A stretch of 58,935 nucleotides of DNA, from positions 13,863,776 to 13,922,710 of the forward strand of contig NC_069000.1 in the NCBI RefSeq assembly GCF_001194135.2. Direction: 5' to 3'. Made by a program: the position numbers and the translations under genes. The DNA is from Octopus bimaculoides (Eukaryota). The notes under the pieces are model-generated. The model was not told the origin of the DNA. It did no database searches and was given only the letters and a program-made list of their open reading frames with translations. Positions 1-11,555 of this stretch are shown here, one piece after another. Every line of letters starts with the position of its first letter. The first letter of the stretch is position 1.

Positions 1-411
1 CGGGGCCAGTTGCCGAATTTGAGCTCATTTCATTTATTGCAGCTATTACATCTTCCTCTTCAATGTCAATGTAGGTAATGGATGCAGTCTTTTTTTCTGT
101 TGAGTGCTATTGTCAAAGAAATCAGCTGGGTTCTTTATCTGCATGTGACTCAGAGGAGAAGTGAAGACACTCTTGAATTGTGTACTGAGCACTTCACTTA
201 TCCATGTGGGATCTGCAGTCAGTGAGCCATTAGGCAGGAATAGGGGTCCTATCTTATACTGTACCGTAGCAGTCTCTTTTGCAAATCTATAGAAAGCCTT
301 TACTGAACTTATTTCTTCTTACGTTGTCTACTTTTAGTCTCTTCAACTTTTATCAATTAACTTTATTAAGATATACCTTTGCTTTTAATATCTTTGTTTT
401 ATTTGCTGTAG

Positions 412-606
412 AGACTTTTTGATCCTATTAATCCCGACAAAGACACAATTCAAACGAGGAATTTAAGTGAGGAAGAAAGAAATGACAAAGAAGAACTAGT
501 TATTCAACATTTGGACAAACTCCTGAAGAAAGCTAACTTCCACAAACTTTCAGATAAATTGGTGGAAAAATCCCTAATGGAAAGTCCAATTAAAGGAGGA
601 TTAAGG
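412..606 (+). CDS. TMEM143: TMEM143 (DUF3754) internal coding exon
   Basis: tgtag acceptor and GTAAAT donor, 65 codons: RLFDPINPDKDT...LDKLLKKANFHKLS. Matches the recalled TMEM143 motif YDPINPD...LLAQANF. An alternative acceptor 2 nt downstream cannot be excluded because the previous exon is outside the window. Confidence 0.85.
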
Positions 607-779
607 GTAAATAAGGCTAATTGTTTTTCTATGCTTTCTGTGATTGAGATCCTTAATATAAAACTTCTAAAATGTCTAGATTATGATTAATATAATAATA
701 TGATAATTTGTAATATTTATTGAAAATGTTAATTAAAATATTTCTGTCATCATAATCCTTTATAAAGCTTTTCAGCTAA

Positions 780-1830
780 TATTTCTTCTGCTTATCCTGT
801 GTGCTCTTACCTGCTTTTATTCCCTTTGGTCATTCTGGTCATCTTGTGTGTACTTACCTATTATATTCCCTCTGGTCGTTCTGATCCTTTTGTGTGTGCT
901 ACCTGCTTTTATCCTCTTTAGTCATTCTGGTCACTTTGTGGATCCTTACCAATTCTATTCCCTCTGATCATTCCGGTCATCTTGGGTGTCCTTGCTTATT
1001 TTATTTCCTCTCGTTATTTTGTTCACCTTGTAGCTCCTTACCTATTTTATCCCCTCTGATCATTCTGGTCATCTTGGGTGTCCTTACCTATTTTATTCCC
1101 TGTAGTCATTCTGTTCAACTTGTGGTTCCTTACCTATTTTATTCCCTCTGATCATTCCGGTCATCTTGGATGTCATTTCTTCTTGTTATTTTGTTCACCT
1201 TGTAGCTCCTTACCTATTTTATTCCCTCTGATCATTCTGGTCATCTTGGGTGTCCTTACCTATTTTATTCCCTGTAGTCATTCTGTTCAACTTGTGGTCC
1301 CTTACCTATTTTATTCCCTCTGATCATTCCGGTCATCTTGGATGTCCTTGCTTATTTTATTTCCTCTTGTTATTTTGTTCACCTTGTAGCTCCTTACCTA
1401 TTTTATTCCCTCTGATCATTCCGGTCATCTTGGGTGTCCTTACCTATTTTATTCCCTGTAGTCATTCTGTTCAACTTGTGGTTCCTTACCTATTTTATTC
1501 CCTCTGATCATTCTGGCCATCTTGTGCATGCTTACATGCTTTATTCCCTTTGGTCAGTCTGGTCCTTTTGTGTGTGCTTACCTCTTCTTAACCCAACTGG
1601 CTACCTTGTGTGTGCCCCTCCTGTTTTAATTCCCCTGGTCATCCTAGTCATTTTGTGTGTGCTTATTTTATTCTTTCTTCCCTATTTTCAGTCCTTTGGT
1701 CACTCTGGTCATTGTGTGTGATTATCCTATTTTATCCCCTCTGGTCATTATAGTTATCTTGTGTGTGCTTACCTGCCGTTATTCCCTCTGGTTAACTTGT
1801 GTGTGCTTACCTGGTTTATATTCCCTATGC
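780..1830. repeat. 46-bp minisatellite with a 184-bp higher-order core (945-1531) in a TMEM143 intron
   Basis: Monomers such as cttacctattttattccctctgatcattctggtcatcttgggtgtc, in order (C-D-A-B)x3+C. One D copy has a 12-bp deletion; the flanking monomers are diverged. Confidence 0.92.
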
Positions 1831-2129
1831 TCATTTCATATGAGCTTACTTGTTTTTACCATTACCATATTTATTTGTATATAATATGCACCATTAATTA
1901 TGTCCCATAAAATCTCCGAATAAAAATCTCATGTATTATACACGTTAATTCTTTAGTGCTATAATGTATAGAAAAAGGAAAGTTTTAGTTAGGTTTATAA
2001 AACTTTATCCTAAAAACTATAAGGAAATTCGATATTCACAGGTGTAGGCTGTAAAAAATATCTAGTGTAAAATCAGTTGTGAATAGTCAACTAGTATGGA
2101 AGGAAATAAGTCATAATGCAGAATGTAAA

Positions 2130-2620
2130 CAGGCATCATGGCCCTTTGTCATCTTGTCTGAAAGATTCAATGTCCTGAGGTCATTCTTCAGTACTTCATC
2201 CTATGTCTCTCCATGTACTTTGAGAGACTGGCACTTCCTTATGGAGCTGTCGGCATCCATCCGCATCACATGACCAAACCAGCACAGTCTTCTCTTTTGC
2301 ACACAGCAACTAATTCCTCTTATGCTTGACTTCTTTCTCAAAACACTAGCATTCTGTCGAACATGTAAACTTACATTACACATCCAGCGGAACATACTAG
2401 CCTCATTTCTTTCTAACCTTCACATATCCTCTGCATTCAGAGCCCAGGTCTTACTACCATGTAGAATTGTTGTCCATATATATGCATCATACAATCCTCC
2501 TTTCACTTGGAAAGAGAAATTGTTTTATAGCCAATAGAGGTAACAGCTCTCTGAATTTCCTCCATCCTATTTTTTATTTTAGCTATCACACTCTCCGTGC
2601 TTCTTCCCCCATCTATAAAA
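2130..2620 (-). mobile_element. RTE-clade LINE fragment (post-RT C-terminal region)
   Basis: MFRWMCNVSLHVRQ...RGISCCVQKRRLCWFGHVMRMD matches the RTE C-terminal signature RRLRWFGHVxRM; degraded. Confidence 0.75.
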
Positions 2621-2749
2621 ATGCGTGTTGGAGAAGAACAAATAACATTTAGTTCTCATGTATAATACACATCCCTAAAATTTAGATTTTAAAACCTGCA
2701 TATTATATACGAATAAATACAGTGATTTGTCTCTGTTCATAACCTTCGT

Positions 2750-3150
2750 AAGACTTCCCTGATTGGTGAGATTGATGTCTGTGATGCTCATTTTGAATTT
2801 TTCTTGGTTGATGCCTGCAGGAAAAACATTTACAATGAGAGAATTATAAATCTAGAAGATGAGACAGTTATTCAGCAGAACAGAGGATATTGTTGTAGCA
2901 ATATAAGAGCTAGAGAGAAGCAGCTGCACATCAGTAAGCCAGTGGCTGTCGCATGTTGGTGAGCAAGTCTTTTTGTACAGATTTAAGATGTGATCTTGGA
3001 TCTTTGTGTTAGTGTGTGTGGAGGTGGCATGGTAAGCCAGAGCTTGTGCCAGATATATGAGCTGTACTTAATGTTGGTTTACACTTCATAGAGGATCACA
3101 AATTGATCAGAGTTGAAACGTTTTTAAATCTGGTAAAGGCAACTTCATCT
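2750..3150 (-). mobile_element. Degraded CR1/L2-type LINE 3' fragment
   Basis: Broken reading IYNSLIVNVFPAGINQEKFKMSI resembles the CR1/L2 C-terminal LWNSLPxxVFP...FK motif. Confidence 0.4.
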
Positions 3151-3341
3151 TTGAGATGTAGCTTTAACAATCTTATATTATGTGACTATTTGTTGCCAAC
3201 TTGAAGGTTTTATTTGTGTCATTTATGTGTAGGTGAATTTTATAAAACTATGATTATGGGTAACTGTTTTCTACATTTCTGCTATAATCCCAATCCAGCC
3301 AATGCTTTATGACTAGAATTGGTTGACAGAAACTTAACAAA

Positions 3342-3545
3342 GGCGGCGAGCTGGCAGAATCGTTAGCATGCCGGGTGAAATGTTTATCGGTATTTCGTCT
3401 ACCGCTATGTTCTGAGTTCAAATTCCGCCGAGGTCGACTTTGCCTTTCATCCTTTCGGGGTCAATGTAATCGACTTAATCCCTTTGTCTGTCCTTGTTTG
3501 TCCCCTCTATGTTTATCCCCTTGTTGGCAATAAAGAAATAAGAAA
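3342..3545 (+). mobile_element. tRNA-derived SINE family A (representative; about 20 further full or partial copies, e.g. 7298, 7845, 13170, 15207, 16400, 17900, 23770, 35520, 37630, 49180, 55065)
   Basis: Repeated ggcggcgagctggcagaatcgttagc...ctgagttcaaattccgccgaggtcgactttgcctttcatcctttcgggg with A/B-box-like motifs. Confidence 0.85.
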
Positions 3546-3874
3546 CTTAACGAAGTTCATCGTATGCGTAACACCTGAGAAACAGATTAAAAATGGGATA
3601 TTTAAATCTATTTTTATTATTGATTGGCTACTATTATATGCCCATCTCATTTTTTCAGGTAGTGAACTGCAGAGTCCAATGTGTCCTTCCTTTTCTAAGA
3701 AGGTAGGCTGTAATTTGAGGAAATTTGACTGCATTTTCTATCATGTCAAGCAACCACATAAAACCTCCTTCATGAATTTCTATATAAGTGACATTTGTAG
3801 CTTCATAGCAATATTGACATTTTATTTTAAAGTCACTTACAATTTTTTTTCCATTTCTTTCTCTTCTCCAATAG

Positions 3875-4475
3875 ATTCAAGTTGACCCTCGTAAGTATGA
3901 AATATTACATTTTTGGGCACTTGGCCTAAGCACTGTGGTAACAAAAAATAATTGGTACAACAGAATGTGGGAAATATTTCCCAAGTCTTCCATTCCACAT
4001 CCGGACTACTACAGAAGATTGATTGTGGCATTACGTCTGAAAGGAGAAACCAAACTTGTGTTAAAGGGCTTTAAAGATATTCCAATAGATGCTCTTGAAA
4101 TGCTGCTTCCTGATTGCAGAATCAAGTTGAATCATTTAGATAAAGGAATTATTACTGCTTCAATCAGTATTGCTATCACTGGTGTAGTTGCCAAAACCCT
4201 CACCACATTAGTGGAGTTGAACTTTCAGTGGTCATTCGTGACTGCTTTAATATTGTCTTTGATAGCCGCAAGAATATGGACGGTGTACAAGAACAGGAAA
4301 AATTCTTATCTAGTCAAATTGTCACAAATGCTCTATTATAAAAACTTGGCCAATAATCGCAGTCTGCTGACACTTCTGGTTGACAGAGCTGAAGATGAAA
4401 GTTTCAAGGAAGCAATGTTAATCTACACATTTCTCCATGCTAAACAGAGAAGAGAAACATCTAATTTGGAATTGG
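3875..4475 (+). CDS. TMEM143: TMEM143 penultimate coding exon (both TM helices)
   Basis: Polypyrimidine tract + AG at 3873-74, phase 0 after the previous exon. IQVDPRKYEILHFWALG...LVLKGFKDIPIDALEMLLP...MLYYKNLANNRSLLTLLVDRAEDESFKEAMLIYTFL. GTAAG donor at 4476, phase 1. Confidence 0.92.
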
Positions 4476-4645
4476 GTAAGAATATTTGTTTTACTCTTTG
4501 CTCTTTTTACTGGATTCAGTTGTTAAGCTGTGGTCATGCTGGAGCACATTCCTTCAAGGCTTTTTTGTTGAACATGTCAAGCTTACTTTTCTTTTTGAGT
4601 CTCATATCTATTTCATCAAACTGTTTGTTGAACTATCAAATTCAT

Positions 4646-5053
4646 ATTATTTACATTATCTACATTTGACGGATATTCGTCCTCATCTTGTTTGTTGTTA
4701 ACACAACGTTTCGGCTGATATACCCTCCAGCCTTCGTCAGGTGTCTTGGGGAAATTTCGAACCTGGGTTCTCATTCCTATCGATGTTACTATTATTATTA
4801 TTATTAATCAGGTCGCTGCCGTGAATCGAACTCGGAACCTTGGGGTTAGTAGCCCGCGCTCTTAACCACTACGCCATATGCCCGTGGGCAATTATGGGTT
4901 GAATTTAGATCTATTATTTTTCTATCCTTCCTCAATACCGGTTCCCATATGCTATTCATATCTGCACTCGGTCTGCTTAGGAGGTTGTTGTGTCCTAGCA
5001 TATGTGCTGCTTCTTTTAGTTTTCGTATTTTCCAGTGTTGTTCCCTGTCTATT
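4646..5053 (-). mobile_element. Penelope-like element, left arm (GIY-YIG end + pseudo-LTR)
   Basis: Near-identical reverse complement of 5943-6354 (few substitutions, one ~10-bp indel). Encodes IDREQHWKIRKLKEAAHM. Confidence 0.85.
4700..4745 (-). ncRNA. Minimal type I hammerhead ribozyme, intact core
   Basis: GACAC-CUGACGA-A-GGCUG-gagggtatat-CAGCC-GAAAC-GUU-GUGUU: stem I 5 bp, stem II 5 bp, palindromic AACGUU stem III as in dimeric PLE hammerheads. Confidence 0.8.
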
Positions 5054-6123
5054 NNNNNNNNNNNNNNNNNNNNNNNNNNNNNNNNNNNNNNNNNNNNNNN
5101 NNNNNNNNNNNNNNNNNNNNNNNNNNNNNNNNNNNNNNNNNNNNNNNNNNNNNNNNNNNNNNNNNNNNNNNNNNNNNNNNNNNNNNNNNNNNNNNNNNNN
5201 NNNNNNNNNNNNNNNNNNNNNNNNNNNNNNNNNNNNNNNNNNNNNNNNNNNNNNNNNNNNNNNNNNNNNNNNNNNNNNNNNNNNNNNNNNNNNNNNNNNN
5301 NNNNNNNNNNNNNNNNNNNNNNNNNNNNNNNNNNNNNNNNNNNNNNNNNNNNNNNNNNNNNNNNNNNNNNNNNNNNNNNNNNNNNNNNNNNNNNNNNNNN
5401 NNNNNNNNNNNNNNNNNNNNNNNNNNNNNNNNNNNNNNNNNNNNNNNNNNNNNNNNNNNNNNNNNNNNNNNNNNNNNNNNNNNNNNNNNNNNNNNNNNNN
5501 NNNNNNNNNNNNNNNNNNNNNNNNNNNNNNNNNNNNNNNNNNNNNNNNNNNNNNNNNNNNNNNNNNNNNNNNNNNNNNNNNNNNNNNNNNNNNNNNNNNN
5601 NNNNNNNNNNNNNNNNNNNNNNNNNNNNNNNNNNNNNNNNNNNNNNNNNNNNNNNNNNNNNNNNNNNNNNNNNNNNNNNNNNNNNNNNNNNNNNNNNNNN
5701 NNNNNNNNNNNNNNNNNNNNNNNNNNNNNNNNNNNNNNNNNNNNNNNNNNNNNNNNNNNNNNNNNNNNNNNNNNNNNNNNNNNNNNNNNNNNNNNNNNNN
5801 NNNNNNNNNNNNNNNNNNNNNNNNNNNNNNNNNNNNNNNNNNNNNNNNNNNNNNNNNNNNNNNNNNNNNNNNNNNNNNNNNNTATAGCTGATCATGTATG
5901 GAAAAATGGAAACCACCTCCCCCTGTGGGATGAAGTTAAAATAATAGACAGGGAACAACACTGGAAAATACGAAAACTAAAAGAAGCAGCACATATGCTA
6001 GGACACAACAACCTCCTAAGCAGACCGAGTGCAGATATGAATAGCATATGGGAACCGGTATTGAGGAAGGATAGAAAAATAATAGATTTATAAGCCTTAA
6101 AATTCACCCCATAATTGCCCACA

Positions 6124-6195
6124 GGCATATGGCGTAGTGGTTAAGAGCGCAGGCTACTAACCCCAAGGTTCCGAGTTCGATTCATGGCAGCGACC
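6124..6195 (+). promoter_or_regulatory. tRNA-like Pol III internal promoter cassette inside the PLE pseudo-LTR (mirror copy 4811-4882, -)
   Basis: A-box TGGCGTAGTGG at 6130-40 and B-box AGTTCGATTC at 6174-83. The acceptor stem does not pair well, so this is not a tRNA gene. Confidence 0.7.
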
Positions 6196-6254
6196 TGAAT
6201 AATAATAATAGTAACATCGATAGGAATGAGAACCCAGGTTCGAAATTTCCCCAA

Positions 6255-6300
6255 GACACCTGACGAAGGCTGGAGGGTATATCAGCCAAAACGTTGTGTT
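6255..6300 (+). ncRNA. Minimal hammerhead ribozyme with a core G12-to-A change (probably inactive)
   Basis: Identical to the 4700-4745 motif except AAAAC replaces GAAAC at 6288. Confidence 0.72.
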
Positions 6301-6725
6301 AACAACAAACAAGATGAGGACGAATATCCGTCAAATGTAGATAATGTAAATAATGTAAATAATTCCTCATCTCTTAAATATAGAACTGTATTATCAAATT
6401 CATCATTATCATCATCGTCGTTTAACGTCCGCTTTCCATGCTAGCATGGGTTGGACGATTTGACATATTTAGTCATGGGGAAGTAATTACCTGCCTTGGA
6501 AACAGATAAGGATTGGTGACAAGAAGGGCAGCTAGCTGTAGTAAATCTATCTCAAATAAATTCTGTTCAACCCCTGCGAACATGGAAGAGTAGATGTTAA
6601 TGATGATGATACTGTAGTAGTATTAGTAGCAGTGTATGAATTCTGTAATTTCTTTTAACTGATAAATCAACTGTCTTAATATATATATATTATAAAAACT
6701 ATTTTTCACTTTGTGATTCTTTCAG

Positions 6726-6967
6726 ATGGGATATCCAATAAAATACTGGAGCAAAACATTGAAAAATGGATTTTCTCTGTAACTGGTACCAGAATAGAGT
6801 TTGATGCTAGAGAAGCAATTGCTCTACTAAAATCTTTTGATATTCTTCATTATGTGAACAATCAACTAGTTGTTCAACCTTTGAAATTGGCTACAGACAC
6901 ACTTTCCAAAAATTTCACACCAAATAAAACTTTCAGAGATAATTCGTTGAAAATAAATATCTCGTAG
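6726..6967 (+). CDS. TMEM143: TMEM143 last coding exon
   Basis: ttcag acceptor; G+AT=Asp restores the frame. ILEQNIEKWIFSVTGTRIEFDAREAIALL resembles the recalled EVENWL..SGCEVTFNGTRAL. TAG stop at 6965-67; ATTAAA at 7027-32. Confidence 0.88.
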
Positions 6968-7139
6968 AAAGTAAACTAGAAAAACTTTTTTATATCTATT
7001 TAAATTTTTTATATATTATACATTTTATTAAAATGTTACTGATTGTTTTTTTTTGTTGTGAAACTTTACTTTCTCATTTCAGCATTTCTGACATGGGAAA
7101 TTACAAAAATATTTATCAGAAGATTTAAGTAATTATTAT

Positions 7140-8450
7140 TATTATTATTATTCCACCAAAGTTGACTTTGCCTTTCATCCTTTTGGGGTCGATAAATTAA
7201 GTACCAGTTGCATACTGGAGTGAATCTAATCGACTGGCCCCTCCCCCAAAATTTCAGGTCTTGTTCCTAGAGTACAAAAGATTATTATTATTATTAAGGC
7301 AGTGAGCTGGCAGAATCATTAGCATGTGGGGCAAAATGATAAGCTGTATTTCATCTGCTGCTATATTCTGAGTTCAAATTCTGTTGAGGTTGACTTTGCC
7401 TTTTATTGGGGTGGATGAAATAAGTACCAGTTATGCACTGGGGTCAATATAATCAACTAGCCCCCTACCCCCACAAAAATTTTCAAGGCCATGTGCTTAG
7501 AGTAGAAATAATAATAATTATTATTATTATTGTTATTATTATTAAGTGCATGGCCTAGTAGTTGGCGTGTTGCACTCATGCAGTCATGATTTCAAATCCT
7601 AGACTGGGTGGTGCATTGTGTTCTTGATCAAAACACTTCAGCTTACGATGTTCTGCAATCACTTTGACACCTGATGTGTCACCTGTTCAGACAACATTGA
7701 TTTGATGGAGGGTGTGAGTTAATGTACAGGGCATACATATGATCACTATAAATGAATCATTTTTGCAGGCTGCTCTGCCAAAGGCTGAACACTCATACAT
7801 TGTCTTTGATGGGAGAGTCCATTATTATTATTATAACCATCAAAGGTGATGAGCTGGCAGAATCATTACTATGCCAGGCAGACTGCTTCATGATTTTCTT
7901 TATGTTCTGAGTTTAAAATTCCACTGAGGTCAACTTTGCCTTTCATCCTTTCAGAATCAATAAAATAAATACCAGTGAAACACTGGGGTCAATATAATCA
8001 ACATACCTCCACTCCACTAAAATTGCTGGCCATGTGCCAAAAATCAAAAAGATTATTAATAATAATTATAAAAATAGTAAAAATGACGATGATAATAATC
8101 CTTTCTACCGTAGGCACAAGACCTGGAATTTTGTGGGTAAGAGCTAGTTGATTACATTGAGTCCGATGCTTGATTATTACTTATTTCTTCAACCCTGAAA
8201 GGATGAAAGTAAAGTTGACTTCAGCAGAATTTGAACTCAGAATGTAGAGCCTGAAGAAAGGCTACTAAGGATTTTATCTGATATGCTTACCACTCTGCCA
8301 TCTTGCTGGCTTTATAATCCTTTTTAACTATAGACACAAGGCCTGAAATTTTGGGAGAGGTAGTAGGTTGATTACATCAACCCCAGTGCTTGACTGATAC
8401 TTATTCAATTGATCCTGAAAGGATGAAAGACAAAAGTCAACCTTGGACAA
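7140..8450. mobile_element. Cluster of SINE family A/F copies separated by (ATT)n
   Basis: At least five copies in both orientations between the converging genes. Confidence 0.8.
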
Positions 8451-9122
8451 AAAAAACCACTGAGCATCTTGTTTGGCTTGCTAACGATTTTGCTAGTTTG
8501 CCATTTCAATGATTATAACTAATAATTAGATTATTAAATACAATCAAGTGCACTAAATCATTGGAAAGCAAGGAATGAGGGAACAGAAAGCAATAATAAG
8601 TAAAGCTAGTCAAAAGTAGATGCATGTTACATAGAATAAAACATGAAAAGAAACAGCAAAACAGCAAAAGTGCCAAAAAGGGGAAAGGACGCTTAGGCAC
8701 ATCAGAAATAGTGTTGGCAAATTTCAGGAAGCATGAAATTTTTGGAGGGTTTAATATCATGACAGTTAACAACTGACACATGCTTTCATGATTCTGAGCA
8801 TAGAAAAATGTTTCTGAAAGTCATGGGTGCTGCACTATCTTTTGATGTTATAAGGATGTCCATAAATGGTAGAGGTATTGAATTCAAAAGAGTAGCCAAA
8901 TTTGTTGTTGAAAAGGTGGTGGATAATTTTATGGGCTTCTACCAAATCAGCTACCTTGTATCAAAACTTTAGTATGTGAAATGTTCAGAGATGTAAGACA
9001 TTGATGATATGGTAAGTGACTTACGGAAGGAATTCATTTGGTTGTACATATCTGGGCAGCTTCCAGTAGATTGATATTCAGCTCAGATGGTGGTTCCTGA
9101 CTGCAGATGCAAACTGTAAGAT

Positions 9123-9468
9123 CAGTGGTTCTCAACTAGGGTCCGAATGACTCCAGGGGTTGGGGTCCATATAAGATTTTTAGGGTCCACACGAGCAAAA
9201 TAGTAAATTGGGTACCTACAGTAGTATATAAAGCATCTGTGAAAAAATTTTCCTTTAGATTTATTTATTGCAAGAAACAGCTATGTTTCTTTCTCTGACA
9301 TTTTACATAGTTCAAGCTACACAAGTGAACTTAGGAAAAATACACAAAAGCTGTTTTGAAAGAAGTATCTATAAAATTAGTTTTTAAACATCGAATGGCT
9401 ATGGGGATCCACCAGAATAAAATAGCAATCAAGGGGGTCCGTAGATAAAAATGGTTTGAGAACCACTG
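9123..9468. mobile_element. hAT (Charlie-like) MITE
   Basis: TIRs cagtggttctcaa / ttgagaaccactg; TSD degraded (tgtaagat vs ctttaaat). Confidence 0.65.
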
Positions 9469-11101
9469 CTTTAAATAGATGGTGAATGACTGATGCCGAT
9501 TTTATTGCGTGAACCAATATTACAAAAGAAACTATTTAGCTAATTTTCAGACAGACTTTCAATATATCATCATCTACCATTCTCAAATATCCCCTTAAAA
9601 TGTAACATTTAATAAATAGTAAGAAAATGTGATGTTTCTTAATGATTTTATCTTACCTGGTGTTCTTTGGCCGTAGACTGGCTATGCCTGAAAAGACCGG
9701 TGATTAAAAGCAATCCACTCGTGACCATTCATGCGAATTATCTAAGGTTATGCTAATATGTCTCCTTTTATTTTTTCACCAAGACGGTAAAGATTAATTT
9801 GATGGAGATTTTTGCTATCATTTCTAGCAAATTTTTTAAAGGGAGGTCACTCCAAAATAATTCCAATGGGAAATAACTCTATCGGGGTCGGTCGTGTCCA
9901 TGACTATTTTCGGCAACATTGACGCTACGATATAGATAAATATGATGAATGGCGTTAATATTCAATCTGAATTATTAGGGAGTAATGAGCAACTGGAACG
10001 GGAAGGAAGTTTTAAAAGAGATGTAGTTCTACAAAAGACACTGTGATAAACTATTTACTGTCTAGATCTTTTTTATTATTTATTTTCTGTTATCTTTTAT
10101 TTGTTTTAGTCACTAAACCGTACCCATATTGTGACATTCAAACAAATCGACCCCTATACTTATTTTTAAGTATAGTAAACGAACCAGCAAAGGTCGCCAA
10201 GCGGTGGAGGACAAACACAAAGATACAGAAATATATATATTGACGGAGGAAGGGGTGCAAAACTAGTAACCGGTGTAGAATGAGTAATTTCTAATTTCTT
10301 GTTATTTTCCCCCTACGTGTTTGAAACCATTACATTTCAAGTGTTGCATCATCTTTGGGAGTAAAAATTAGTCAGCATGGTTGTTGTTACAGTTGAGAGA
10401 GTTTGGAACATCGATAACAGATACTTTTTTTTTTTTTTTTCAAGAAATTTTTCTTCAACTTTGACCCAGTTGTAATTGAGGTTGCTAATAAAATATCTAG
10501 ACAATTTTTGGTGTTTAACAATCAATATTCTTATCTCTGTTGGATTCCAAGTCAATTTTTTCCCCATACTAATATTTAATTTGATAAAATTCAATTCTCA
10601 AAAAAATGATATCTAAAATGGGGTAAAATGAGTAATGGCTGCTTCAATAATTTGTTCTGTTTAACTTCATGGTGCATAAATATATCACAAAGCAGACACT
10701 CCAGCAGATCGTGAAGCATCAATAGAGAATATTTTATGCTGAGCTTTTTGATTTAGTTGAATTTCATTAATTTCATATTATGTGCAATTTTTCCATGAGC
10801 CTCCTTCAATTATTTTCAATATTTAAAATTTTTGTAGAATTTGCGATCTTTCTAATGACTAAGGATGGATAGTGGTGTGTATGAGTCTGCTTTGAAATGC
10901 AATTCTAGAGAATTGAAGAGGCAGACTTACCTTGTCTTGTTTTACTCATTTTGCCCCAGCTAAAATTGTCTTTTATATACTCAAAGAGAACGGTGATAAT
11001 TTTCTGAAATAGTGATCTGAATATGTGTATTATAGCGTTTTTAATGCATTTAGAGAAGGTAATTTGCTTAGCTGATATAATTTTTGTAAGGTAGTGAACA
11101 T

Positions 11102-11555
11102 AGGCTATGTGGTAAGTAGCTTGCTTACCAACCACATGGTTCCGGGTTCAGTCCCACTGCGTGGCATCTTGGGTAAGTGTCTTCTACTATAGCCTCGGGC
11201 TGACCAAAGCCTTTTGAGTGGATTTGGTAGACGGAAACTGAAAGAAGCCCGTCGTATATATGTATATATATNNNNNNNNNNNNNNNNNNNNNNNNNNNNN
11301 NNNNNNNNNNNNNNNNNNNNNNNNNNNNNNNNNNNNNNNNNNNNNNNNNNNNNATATATGTCTGTGTTTGTCCCCCCAACATCGCTTGACAACCGATGCT
11401 AGTGTGTTTACGTCCCCAAAACTTAGCGGTTCGGCAAAAAGAGACCTATAGAATAAGTACTAGGCTTACAAACAATAAGTCCTGGGGTCGATTTGCTCGA
11501 CTAAAGGCGGTGCTCCAGCATGGCTACAGTCAAATGACTGAAACAAGTAAAAGAG
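11102..11555 (+). mobile_element. SINE family B with central (TA)/(TG) microsatellite (other copies 34135, 38363, 48212, 50840, 53790, 56385)
   Basis: Head gctgtgtggtaagtagcttgcttaccaaccacatggttccgggttcagtccc and tail gcatggccacagtcaaatgactgaaacaagtaaaag recur across the window. Confidence 0.88.

Larger units (their letters stand above)
5883..6354 (+). mobile_element. Penelope-like element, right arm (GIY-YIG end + pseudo-LTR)
   Basis: IADHVWKNGNHLPLWDEVKIIDREQHWKIRKLKEAAHM is a PLE GIY-YIG C-terminus. It is followed by a tRNA-like cassette and a hammerhead motif. Confidence 0.85.

Noticed and set aside
945-1531. CRISPR-like array
   Set aside because: Eukaryotic context and no unique spacers; it is a tandem repeat.
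894-1884. Repetitive hydrophobic ORFs
   Set aside because: Products of the 46-bp array; the period is not a multiple of 3 and the array is intronic.
4846-6093. Long ORFs spanning N gaps (also 11105, 17071, 24048, 40247, 43777, 52226, 54514)
   Set aside because: Open only because N codons contain no stops.
6124-6195. Possible tRNA gene
   Set aside because: Acceptor stem does not pair and it is embedded in a duplicated mobile element.
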